DNA of 64,000 nucleotides from Eledone cirrhosa (lineage: Eukaryota), in assembly GCA_964016885.1 (NCBI GenBank), contig OZ024744.1:90272001-90336000 (forward strand), written 5' to 3'. Under the pieces are notes generated by a model. That model was not told the DNA's origin and searched no databases. It worked only from the letters and a program-made list of their open reading frames with translations. Within the stretch, counting starts at the first letter, position 1. Each line of letters opens with the position of its first letter. Shown here one piece after another: positions 39,401 through 52,848 of the stretch. Made by a program: the position numbers and the translations under genes.

Positions 39401-42400
39401 CGCCAAAAGTAAGTATGACTAGATACTTCCACCGCACCCACTTACTATATCCCAACCCTCTCCAACATCCATGTGCCTCGTGAGATGCCTTCTGTCACTG
39501 GAGCAGCATGTCTTGTGGTATTGTGGCAATTTTTTTATGTTAAAGTGTTGCATTTAGCTGTAGTGTTGCTGATGTCTGTTTCTGTTGCATTCTCTTTCCT
39601 CATTCTCTTACTGTTCCCACTCTCCTTTGATTACTTTTCAGCATGTCTGTCTTCATAATAAGAAGTCCTCCCCCACACTTGTTATCAGGAATGCGTCCTG
39701 GGTTCTCCTTGCTCCAGAGAGGTGCATCCTCGCAAGGTGGTGAAAATCCTGATCTAAATCCGATCGCAACAGCATCTTTGGATGTGCATGAGGTCATGTA
39801 CATCTGAAGATGCTGTTGCATCTGGGAGCAGTGACTAATCTCTCAGAGGTTGAGATCACAAAAGCAGTTAAAGTGCTCAAATGTTGTAAGGCCGTTGGGG
39901 AAGATGAAACTTGTCCCGAGATGTTAAAAACCTTAAATTGAAGAGGTATTCTCTGGCTGACTTGTGTGTACCGGGTGACCGGGATCTCTGGAAAGGCACC
40001 TAAGCAATGGCAATCAGGAGTGATGATCACAATTTTCAAAAAGGGAGACAAGAGAGATTGTTCCAATACAGAAGGATCTCCTTGTTAAGCCTCCCCAGTA
40101 AAGTCTCTTCTAAGTGTTCAGCAAAGAGATGCTGGGAGATTATCGTGTCCAAGCTAGCTGATGAACAGTGTAGTTTCCGTCTGGAGGCAGCACAGCCAAC
40201 CAAATATTCACACTGTGGCAGGTCTTCAAGAAAACGTGTTTTCATGAAAAAGATTGACATGTGCAGCCAGGTTGGAAGTGGTATCACGACAGGCGGGTGT
40301 AAAATCAGTGGGCTGGAACTTGCAGGCGACATCGTGTTACTTAATTAGACAGAAGGTGATCTCTGATTTGCACTCAATAGGTTTGGTGCCAAGTGCTACA
40401 TGGCTGGAATGAAAATCATTGCTGCAAAAACTGAGACAGTCTCCTCTAAAGGAAGCCTGCGCAGTGCTCTCTACAAGTGAATGGAGTTCCACTGAAATAG
40501 GTGGAGAAATTCAAGTATCTCAGGGCCAGGACCCTCTCATGAATAAGTGGGTTTGGTGGGTTTGTTCACTTCCCCAGTTTGGTTGTATGAACATCTCTTC
40601 TATAGGTTTTTGTAAGTGTATGTGCAACAAACAGTTCATAAAAGACATACCTCAATGATTATATATACATAAGCATTTTAATCACTGAAAATAAACGAGA
40701 CAGGTTACTACATCTGTTGCTCCTTGACTTTGTGTCAGATATTGTCATAAAGGGGATGCGTTGAAATGTATCGTTGACCGCATGGTGCATTATAGATGCG
40801 ACAGGCCAACAAAACACTTCTTGTTGGCATGAAAGTCAAAGTCGGAAGAGACAGCCTTTAACTAATGACGTCAGAACTAAGGGCAGTTAATAGTCTGTTT
40901 TTAAAGCCAGACACCAGGTGGCGTCATCTTGCTATATGGGCAAAGAAGAATTTCACTGTTGACCCAAAGCTATGGTAAAGGATGCCACACAGTGGGATTG
41001 AACCTGGGAGCTTATGATTGTGAAGTGAACCTCTTAATCATTCAGCCATGCTGCATCCTAATCTTATAGATATACTTTGTAAATACAGTGTACCCCTAAC
41101 ATTTGCGGTCCCAATTATTCGCAGAATTTTCCTTAGAGCCTAACTAATAATTGTTCATGGAAACCACCGCATATTCATGCAATCATAAATATCTTCCACA
41201 CTTTTTTAATGGTGTTTTTCATGGCGATATATACCTTTGATAACAATATACCGTATTTGCCGGCCTATTGGACGCCCCTTCGCATAAGACCTCTTTTTAT
41301 TATATTTTACATTAGGGCGGTGGATTGGCAGTATTGGTAGAGGGTCGGACGCCATGCTTTGCAGCATAGAGTTACGGTCCTTTATGGTCTGAGTTCAAAT
41401 CCCACCGAGGTTAACTTTGCCTTTCATCCTTACGGGGTCGATGAAATAAAGTACCAGTAATGCACTGGGATAATTGCTGGCCTTGTGCCAAAAGTAGAAA
41501 CAATTATATTTTACATTATGTTTTGACGTTTATAGGCATTTTTATGGACCACATCTAATATTCGCAGATTTTCTCTCTTCGCGGGTGCTCTAGGAACATA
41601 ACCTCCGTGAATACCGGGGGGACTGCTGTATATGTATTTAAATATTGTAAATATACATTATTAATATTGCACGTCTTTAGCCTAAATATTTCACATAGTC
41701 ACTTTAACCCTTTTCATAAGAAACTGCTTGAAACTGCTTCTTGTTCTATGATACAAAGATATTTACTTTTAAGTATTTGTTTATCATGATTTTATGTGAT
41801 CACTTTTGTTTAGTTATGTTCCAAACACCTGGTAATTCAGAGAAAGTTAGCTGAAATTTATATGGGGTGTCTTTCATTAGAAATATGGTAAATAATTGTT
41901 TCGACGTTTGGCACAAGGCCAGCAATTACCCAGTGCATTACTGGTACTTTATTTTATCGACCCCCGTAAGGATGAAAGGCAAAGTTAACCTCGGCGGGAT
42001 TTGAACTCAGAAATGTTAAATATTGTTTATTGATAGTTCAGACAGTTATACTCTGAATAACAACTCACCTGTAGACATATAATTATTACATTTATTTAAT
42101 TAACCCTTTAGCATTTAGATTGGCTGTATCCGGCCAGAATTCTCTCACCTCTTTCTGTTCAAACCACCCATAATCAACCACTCATACTGATGTTAAGGTA
42201 TTGTTCTCAAAATAAATAATATTAAAATCTCATAGATTTGATCTTATGTGAGATAATTATGTGAAATAAATAGTTTACCATGAAAATACAATAGTAAATA
42301 TAGAGTAATGTAAATACTAAAAGGTTAACAATCCTTATTAAAATCTCATAAATTCGATATTATGAGGTAAAGCCTTTGCTGTGAAAACAATAGTAAATAT

Positions 42401-44399
42401 AGAGTAATGTAAATGATAAACAGTTAATCATCTGTTCTAATTGTTACAGGTTAACAGAACTCGAACGGCGATCAGGTCCAGTACCAGTTCCTCTCATCCG
42501 GCCACTAGCTACGAGAAATATTATGCCAGGCGGTGGGTTTCAAATTTTGTACTTCCTTTTTTCTTGTTATATGAACGTGTATGTGTGGTAATGGGTTTAT
42601 TTTTGCAAATGTGTTTCAATGTTTGTATGTCATCAATCATTATTGTCACTGCTTAACATCTTTTTGTCTACGCTGGCATGGTTTAGATGGGTTGTCACAT
42701 TATCAAATAAGTCATGTCAGGTAACCACATCTTGCTCATACAATCTGTATTTTAGCTTGGTTTCTACGGCCAGATGACCTTCCTAATGCCAACCATGTTG
42801 CAGTATGGACTGGGTGCTTTTTATCGTGGTACCAAAATTACCACCTTACAGGATGGATTGGGTACTCTTTTTTTTCCTTGTGTCGCAAACACAACCACCT
42901 TCCTGGAGGGACTAGTTGTTTTTCTTGTTTTGGAACCAGATCACAATATAGGGTGGACTTAGGGCTTTTTTGTCATGGCAACAGCATTGTGGGAGATCAG
43001 ATGTAGAGTATGATCTCTTATAGAAGAATCAGTAGAGGAGCTAGAGAATAAATTCTGGCTATGGAAACAGCAGTTGGAATCAAGAGGCCTGAGAGGGAAC
43101 ATAGCTAAAACAAAAGTGTTGATAAGTAGAAGAGAGGACAATACTCTGATTCCATCGGGGAAATGGCCATGTTCGATATGTAGGAAAAGAACTGGCATAA
43201 ATTCCATAAAATGTACTCAATGCAGATCTTGCCTGCTATCCCACTACAAGAGATGTAGTGGGATAGCAGGCAAACTAACAGGTAGGGAAAACTACATATG
43301 CAGTAGATGTACAGGGAAAGTTGGCAGTAGTAATCACGGTGATAGACACATTTTTCCAATGCAGGTGGGTTCTATAGAAGTGATTGATAGCTTCCGGTAC
43401 CTAGGTGATCAGATTAGCATGGGATGGGGGTGTTCCGAGGCCATAGTATCTAGAATAAGGATGGGTTGGAAGAAGTTTAGGGAGCTGTTTCCTCTGCTGA
43501 AGAAGAAGGGTTTCTCCCTGCGTACGAAAGGCCGGTTATATGATACCTGTGTGAGGAGCCAGGTGCTGCATGGTAGTGTGACATGGGCAGCAACTGCAGA
43601 AGATATGGGACGGCTGGAGAGAAATGAGGCAAATATGCTCCATTGGATGTGCAATGCCAATGTGCATGAACGACCAAGCATAGACGAGTTGAGAAAGAAA
43701 CTGGGTATAAGAGGGATAAGTTGTAGTCTGCAGGAGAGAAGGCTGAGATGGCATGGACATGTGATGCGCATGGAGGATGACTGCTGGGTAAAGAAGTGCC
43801 AAGAAATCCCAGTAGAAGGAAGACGCAGTAGAAGTAGACCACGTAAAACATGGGCGGCGGTGGTGAGAGCAGACCTCAGATCACTGAAACTCACCAAGGA
43901 GATGAGGAAGGACCGTGACAAGTGGAGAGATGCTGTGCTGAATAGGACCCGTCCAACCCTTGCAAGCAGGGAAGAGCGGACGTAAAATGATGATGATTGT
44001 GGTGGGAAAAAGCTATCTCACTTACCGCTTTTCAAAGGCGCCACTCTGATCTCCACTGCATGGTAGTTTGAAGACCATTTCGTGTACGTCCTTCTTCCTC
44101 GGTTGGCCGTCTCTATCCACGTATCAACAGTCCTATATCGTTTTGCCCTTTTCACTAGCGCTGCTATCGTCCTGCTCCTTACTCCTCGCCTGCCTGCTTC
44201 CGACTGCCTAGCACCGGGAGATCCCAAACTGGTGTTTACGCCGTTGCTAGGTACTACGCTAGGTACTGCCCAAACTTGCGTTCACCCCGTTGCTAGACAC
44301 TGCCCAAACTGGCGTTCGCCCCGTTGCTAGGCACCACTAGGCACCTGCAGCCACCGCACGCCACACCATACCCACAATGATGATGATATATATGTACAC

Positions 44400-44434
<35 letters not shown>

Positions 44435-47400
44435 TAAATCATCATCATCATCATCGTTTAACGTCCATCTTCCACGCTTGCATGGGTTTGGACGGGTGTT
44501 TTCCTACTTGAGGCAAGAGTGGTTGTCTTGCTCACATAAGACTGTCTGGCGGGTTTTCTACGGCTGGATGCCCTTCCTAACACCAACCACGTTTACAGTG
44601 TGGACTTGGAGGTTTTTACCGTGTTACCTACACGGCCACATTACAGCATGGACTGTGTGTTTTTTTTGTCGTGACACCTACAAGATCTCATTTGTTTCGG
44701 CCTGGATGTTGTGGCACCAACATAACTTTACATTGAAAGGGGCGGTGTGGATGGGGTGGGGGTAGTGGGACATGGGTGTATTTTTGTTAGAGGTGCCTAC
44801 TGACTGTAGTAGGTTTCACTTTGTACTTAGGTAAGGCGGGTCTTCTGTATTACTGTGTAGCGCCAAAGATCTCGGTCCAGTGACATTGTCTTGGAGAGGT
44901 GTGAGGTCGGAATTTATCAAGTCGTCCCAGGTTTTTCTGGGTCTGCCTACTCCGTGGCTACCGTCTATTTTTATTGCCCTGCACTTTTTTATACAGCTGT
45001 CGTCTTTCATGTGCATCACGTGACCATACCAACATAGTCTTCTCTCGAGTAAACAACATCTGATACCTCTTATTTCTAATTTTCCCTTAGTTCGTTTATG
45101 CTTTGCCGTTCACGTATATTACTATTACACATCCAGCGGAGCATGCAAGCTTCGTTCCTCTCCAGTCTGCGTATATCCTCTGCACACAATGCCCAGGTCT
45201 CACTGCCATGTAACATTGCTGTTCGTATGCAGGTATCATACAGCCTGCCTTTCATTTTTAGAGAGAACCCTTTAGCGGCTAATAGTGGTATAAGCTCTCT
45301 GAACTTTTTCCATCCAGTTCTGACTCTAGCTACTGTACTTTCAGAGCACCCTCCACCACTGCTGATTTTGTCACCCAAGTAACGGAAGGTGTCCACTATT
45401 TCTATAGAACCATCTGTGCAATGGAATGAGCTAGTAGTCTGTGGGAACTTGCTGCTACTTATTGCACCAGAGCACTGGCCACATATAAAATCTATGTTCT
45501 TAGTTAGCTTACCTATGATCCCAATACATCTTTTATGCACCCATACTTTGCATTTGGGACATAAAATGGAGTTTCTACCTACTCCTTTCCTACACATGCC
45601 ATTTCCCGGATGGAACCGGTGCCCTATTTTCCTTCCTACAAACTAGAACTTTAGTCTTAGACAGGTTAATTTTAAGGCCTTTTGATTCTAGGCCATGCTT
45701 CCATGTTTGGAATTTCTTCTCTAGTTCAGCCATTGATTCAGCTATGAGCGTTAGATCATCTGCGTATAGGAGTTCCCATGGGCAGCCGGTCTTGAACTCC
45801 ACTGTTATAGCCTGAAGGGCAATAATAAATAGTAGGGAGCTAAAAACGGAGCCCTGATGAACACCAACTTTTACGCTAAACTCTTCACTATATTCGTTGT
45901 TAATTCTAACCTTGCTGACTGTTTCTTTATACATGGCTTGTATAGCTCTCACAAGCCATTCATCAACACCTAGTTTTCTAAGAGCCCACCAGATAATGGA
46001 ACGGGGGACTCTGTCGAAGGCTTTCTCCAAGTCGACAAAAGCTAAGTATAGGGGTTTACTTTTAGCTAGGTATTTCTGTAGTTGTCGTACAATGAAAAGA
46101 GCGTCTGTGGTACTTTTACCTGACACAAACCCGAACTGCATTTCATCTAGATCAATTCTCTCTCTGATTAGTTGCGCTATTACTTTTTCTGTGACCTTCA
46201 TGACCTGGTCGATTAATTTAATGCCTCTATAGTTACTCCTATCTAGGGCATCTCCTTTACCCTTGTAGCAGTTAATGATGCTGTTACGCCAGTCCTTCGG
46301 AACAACCCCATTCTGTATGACTTGGTTTACTATCCGGGTGACCATGGTGTGTCCCACCGTTCCAGAAGCTTTCAGCATTTCAGCAACTATTTCCGAAGGA
46401 GCAGCCGCCTTGCCCGTCTTTATATCTTTGATTGCCTTACTTATACTACCTTCGACTAACACTGCTGGTCCCTCTATTGGATCGATGTGGGGGAGACTGT
46501 CTTTCTCCCATTTATTCTCCTCATTTAGTAGCCTTTCGTAGTGACACTTTCAAGCTACCTTCTTATCAGTGTCAGTGATGGCAAGTACACCATCATCATT
46601 AAGGACACACTTCTCCCCGACAATATCACGGTTTTCCTTGACACATTGCCTAGCAATCCTGAACACCTCACGTTTTTGGTCCTCGCATTGTAGAACATAC
46701 TTAAACTTTCTTTCCTCTGCTTCCCTTCTTGCGAAGTACACTTGTCTCCTAGCTTCCCTCCTGGCCACCTGATAGTCTTCTCTACTACCCCCATCCTGCC
46801 ATACTTTCCAAGCCTGCTTTTTGGCCTTAATTGACTCCTCCACCTTACTGTTCCACCGCCACGTTACTCTCCTCCTGCCTATAGGCCTGCTCCAGCCACA
46901 GACTTCGTCTGCCGCCATCAGCAGGTTTGCTTTCAGGAATTCCCACTGTTCCTCTATATTGTATGACTCTAATTGCTCTTCCTTACTGTCGAAAGCATCA
47001 AGTAATATGCTTTTAAATTTATTACTGGCTGTGGGGTCCTTTAGCTTTCATATTTTTCTCCTGAGGATAGTCCTCTTCTGTTGCCGAGTACGTCTCGTCC
47101 TGACTATGAGGTCGCTAATTATCAGTCTATGTTGGGAGGTGCATTCTTCATGGGGGAGGGATTTAGTGTTTACAACAGACACCCTGTCACGTCTTCTGGT
47201 AAGGATATAATCTACCTGGCTGGTATGTTCCCCTGATCTATAGGTGATCAAGTGATTGTCTCGTTTTTTGAAGTTAGTGTTACAGATAGTTAGGTTATTT
47301 GTGTCACAGAATTCCAGGATTCTGGAGCCTTCCTTATTTCTATTACCAAACCCATAGCCTCCATGGATTCCGTCATAGCCGTCACAATGTTGTCCAACGT

Positions 47401-50400
47401 GACCATTTAGGTCGCCAGCAATAATTATATAGTCACTGTCGGTTATTTGGGAGGTAGTGAGCATCAGTGTCTCATAGAATCTGTCTTTTATAGCGCCAGG
47501 CAGTCCGGATTGGGGTGCTTACGCAGATATTACTGTCACAGTAGTTCTATTTAGAACAAGTCTTATTTTAATTATTCTGTCATTCACTCTATTTACGTCT
47601 ATTATCTTATCCACCCATTTTTCTGCTAACATGATTCCTACTCCACTCAGCCCATTGTCATTTCCCTCCCAGAAAAGCTTATAGCATCGTTTTTTATACC
47701 CACAATGATGTACATATATATATATCAAACGTTAAACTAATATATTTCTTCATTGTATCATGTTGTTTGGTTTGTTGTTTCCATTTAATTTTTGCGTACA
47801 TATATATTATGTATTAGATAACGAAGTTTCACTTTAAAATGTTTTTATTGGTTATTGAATGTTGCATATGTTTCACAGATGATTGACTCAAGGTCTGTCA
47901 ATGTTATTGACCAGACTTCAGTATCTATCTGCTCATCAGATGTGTGGATTCAAATCAAAACATTTCCATCTTTTATATATATATATTCATTGTTCCTCTA
48001 TATTTAGGTCTTATCAATGGTCCACCTCCTCCTTTGATGGAAAGTGATCTACATCGAATACCGCTGTCTACACCTCCTGGTGAAGGGCCACCACATGGAA
48101 GGAGCCCGCATTTATCTGCAGGTATTCCTGGAAATGTAAGGTGTGTACAGTACTTTTATATATTTATGTGGGTGTATGATTTATTATTACAAGCATTCTT
48201 TTGTTTGTGTTGAAGATGAAGGTGATAACATATGTTTGTGCACAGGATGAAACAAACATGTACAGGACACTAGTCTGCAGTGATCTTCTCTTTATACACA
48301 CTTTTTTTGAAAGCTGGTATTCTCTCTACAGAAATGTTGTTACATAATTTAACCCATTTGATACCAACCTGCCTAAAACTGTCTCTGATTCTATTAAACA
48401 AAACCAACCATTTCAAAGGGTTCCAACTTGAAATCTTCCAACATAATTTGATATAATAATTTTTTGTTAAGTTATGTTACAAATGTAAGTATGTATGAAT
48501 TTGTAACTCCCGATGAAGTTGTAGGAGCGCATAGTGATATACACTATTTCTTGGACATTTTAAAACCTGGCAGAGCCCATCTCCTCCTCAGGTCTGAACA
48601 TAGCTGATTTCTTCTAGAGAGAAAGAGTGTGTGATAGAATGATAGAAAGGAAATGAGAAAGAAATATAGAGGAAGAATCAATCCCAGTACTGGCAGATTT
48701 AATTTAAAATTAAATATTCCAGCCAAACACTCTTCTCCAATTACTCTTTAAATACCTATACATGGACCTTCTTTCTTGAGAATGGATTTTAAATCCGAAA
48801 AAAAATTGTGGCTTTTTTTATCGACCTGGAAAGAATGAAAGGCAAAGTTGACCTAATTAAGTTTCGAAAGAGAGCTGGGACAAATGCCACAAAGCATTCT
48901 ATCCGACTTTCAAAAAGCTCTGCAAATATACTGTCACTTATGTTACAAATCGTATCTAGTTACTTCTTTCTAAACTATAACTTATATCTGTTCATAAAGT
49001 TGCTGTGATACTAGTCACTGGCAGTAATACATCTTTGAATTGCCTAGTACAGTGGTTCCCAAAGTGGGTTCAGCAAAGAAGTGTCTGGGGTTCCATGAAA
49101 AAAGGTAGAGGAGTATATTTATATTATGACCATATAACAGTAATAGACTTTGTGGTTCCCCCAAAAGTTTCTGAACCAAAAAGGGTTCTGCGTTTGAAAA
49201 AGCTTGGGAAACCCTGGCCTAGTACGATAAATAAATATCCATCGTGTATATCTTATTTCTTGCAGCTTCATCTTCCCTTTTTGCTGACCATGTATATCTT
49301 TATCCGTTTTTCTCCTCAGGGATGATGGATTAGATGGAGTCGGTGGCAGCAGCTCGTCAGGACACCGTCCAGACTCTCGGTCGAAGATCCACCATGTGAG
49401 GTCACCAGTGCCCCCACACTCTCATCATCATCATCATCATCATCGTGGTGGTCCGCCACCCCCCAGACTACGAAGTGGACCTCCTCCTCCACATATACCT
49501 CCAATGGCAAGAACTGGGCCAGGCCATGGACCCGGTTCTGGTCCGGTAAAGAAAGGCATGCCACCTCCAACGCAACCACCTCCAGGGGATGCTATGTTTG
49601 GTCCACCACCGCCGCCGCCACCAGGGGGCAGCAGTGCAGATCCTCATCGAAGATCGCCAATGTCCAACAAGACACCGCCGCCAGGATCACTTGGACCTCC
49701 TCCTCCCCCTCCACATCATCTTCATCATTTGCATCATCGACCACCACCTCCCAGGATGCCAGGTGATGGCAGGCCTCCACCTCCAATGACAACTGCTCAT
49801 GGTAAGTATTATCATCATCATCATCATCATCACATCCGTTTTAAGTTGATTCTTCCACGCTAGCATGGGTCAGACGTGTTGTCCTGTTGTGGGCAGTGTT
49901 AGGTCAGCTGACCTTGTCTTGCTCATACGGGAACTGATCTGGCTTGATTTCTACAGTTGGATGCCCTTCCTAACACCAACCTCATTTACAGTGAGTGCTG
50001 GGTGCTTTTTTTCTGTGGCGCCTACACGTCCACTTTACAGTGTGGGCTGGGTGCTTTTCTGTCATGACACCTCCACGACCACTTTGCAGTGGGAGGAGGC
50101 TGGGGGCATATTGTCTATATACTTCAGCTTTGGCTTGTTTCCGTGGGAAGTCGGGTCTTCTGTATTACTGCGTGACGCCAGAGGTCACGGTCCTGTGTCA
50201 TCGCCGTTGAGAGGTGCAATTGGGCAAGGACCGCTTTTATCACCTCATCCCAGGTCCTCTTGGGTCTCTCCACTCCACGGCTACCATTGACTTCTAGTGC
50301 TCTGCACCTTTTTATGCAGCTGTCATCCTTCATACGCATCACATGTCCACACCATCGCAACCACCTCTCCTGCACACACCATTTGATTCCTCTTATGCTC

Positions 50401-52522
50401 AGTCTCTCTCTCAATTCATTTATGCTTTGCCGTTCACGTATATTACTATTACACATCCATTGGAGCATGGGGCTTCGTTTCATTCTAATCTACGCAGGTC
50501 TTCTACGCACAACGCTCATTTCTCACTACCATGTAACATTGCTGTTCGTATGCATGCATCATACAGTCTGCTTTTCATTTTGAGGCAAAAGCCTTTTGCA
50601 GCTAGCAGTGGCAGTAACTCCCTGAACCTCTTCCATCCCGTTCTTACCCTGGTTACTGTACTTTCAGAACACCCACCGCCGCTGCTAATTTGGTCACCTA
50701 GGTAGCAGAAGATGTCTATTGTTTCTACAGAGCCCTCCCAGAGTTTGGTGGTACTTGTTTTCTATGGCTGTTTGTTGCTTACTGTCCCGGTGCAGCTGCT
50801 ACATGTGAAGCCTACATTCTTAGTTAAACTTCCTGAGATCCCACTACATCTCTTGTGTACCCATAGTTTGCATTTGGGGCAGAGGATAGAATTCCTACAT
50901 ACTGAGCAAGGCCATTTCCCTGAGGGGATCTGTGTTCTGTTTTCTTGTCTACTTACGAGGACCCTATAGAGAGAGAGAGAAGTGTGTGTGTATATATGTA
51001 TGCATGTGTGTGTGTGCGTGTGTGCATGTGTGTATTTGAAGATCTGAGTTAAGTAATACTGTATGTAATGTAGAATTTAATTATTTTCCTAGGTAACATA
51101 ATACTGTCAAACTGCATTTTTGCATGGCCTATATACAAATATTTTAATTAGTAAGATACCCCCCTTTCCCAGTAAAAAGCAAACATTTTTGATGTTCACA
51201 ATGATAATGAGGATAAGATAAGTGTTGTGTGATAGAAATAGAAGATAACAGAGATTTAGAAGTTACTTCTAAATTTGATCTTTATCAAAACATAATTTTA
51301 TGAATTTTTAAATACTTTTGATACCAAACCATTTGAGAGAGACCAACCCTGTTTCTATTTTACAAACATCTTTATTTTAAAGTGTTTATATTTATCTAAA
51401 AACCTTCCATCACAATTTTATGGAAAATTTGTTAAGTTATGTTCCAAATACATTTTCATCATCATTTAACATCCATCTTCCCTGCTAGCAAGGGTTGGAA
51501 TGGTCAGTATTCAAGCAGAGCTACAGATTTCTCAGATGGACTGAGGGCCTATATCTTGCTGACATTTGATCCCTAGCTCTACTGAGTGCATTTTATCATG
51601 ACACCAGCAGTAAGGAGGTTGTCATATCTTTGACATAGCTGAAGACTCCTCCAGACTCTTTGTTTGGTAGGTTTCCTATGACTGAATAACTTACCTAACC
51701 ACTTTACAGAGTGTACTCAGTGTGTTTATCCTGTCAAACTTAACAACAAGAAAGACAGTTGTATTACTGAATCCCTCCAACATCTTGATTATTTTCAAGA
51801 GGTTTTGAAAAAATCATTTGAAGTTTCTTCATTAGAAATATTGAAACAAAAGGGTTGAATGATCAAGTGTATTTTATCATAGAGTATAAAAGATATGTTT
51901 AACTTCATAGTGAGATTACTCATATAATACAAGAATTAATTTATAATATAGAATATAAATATTGTTTCCTTACAGAACGTAATACTATTCTAGGACTTAA
52001 TTTTTGCTATACAAACATCTTTTACAAGTTATTTCTACTTTCACAATCACACAATCATAATCATAATCTACCACAACCAGCAATACAATCAATAAGCAGA
52101 ATAACCGCAAGGTGGTCGTGGAGGTGCCACGGCAAAAAAGCACCCAGCCCACACTGTAAAGTGGACGTGTAGGCGCCACGAAAAAGCACCCAGCACTCAC
52201 TGTAAATGAGGTTGGTGTTAGGAAGGGCATCCAGCTGTAGAAATCAAGCCAGATCAGTTCCTGTATGAGCAAGGCATGGTCATCCGACCAGACACTGCCC
52301 ACAACAGGACAACCCGTCTAACCCATGCTAGCGTGGAAGAACGGACGTAAAACGGTGATGATGATGATGATGATGATATATATATATTATATATATATAA
52401 TCATAATCATCATCATCACCATTTAACGTCCATTTTTCCATGCTAGCATAGGTTAGACGGGTTGTCTTGTTTAGGGCACGTTGGGTCAGGTGACCGTGTC
52501 TTGCGTGCACATATATTATATG

Positions 52523-52575
<53 letters not shown>

Positions 52576-52782
52576 GTGTCATGTCTAGAACAGGTAAAAT
52601 TCCCAAGATCCATGGACGATTTCTCTCCAGTGGTCTCTGACCTTCATCATCACTGCTATGTCCTGCATCTCCCAGAGACCAGTGTGTTTCCAGGTAGGGG
52701 CTTCCACAGGACCACTGAATGCAGTGTCAACTCTGAATGTCGATATATATTATATATATTATATTATATTATCATCATCATC

Positions 52783-52848
<66 letters not shown>

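Noticed and set aside
43074-43985. 303-aa ORF as a host gene or active retrotransposon
   Set aside because: Only the C-terminal part of RTE ORF2; lacks endonuclease and the RT core.
47905-47942. Minus-strand CTGATGA as another hammerhead
   Set aside because: No GAAA after stem II and no stem I/III; same for CTGATGA near 2639, 25793, 32348 and 40159.
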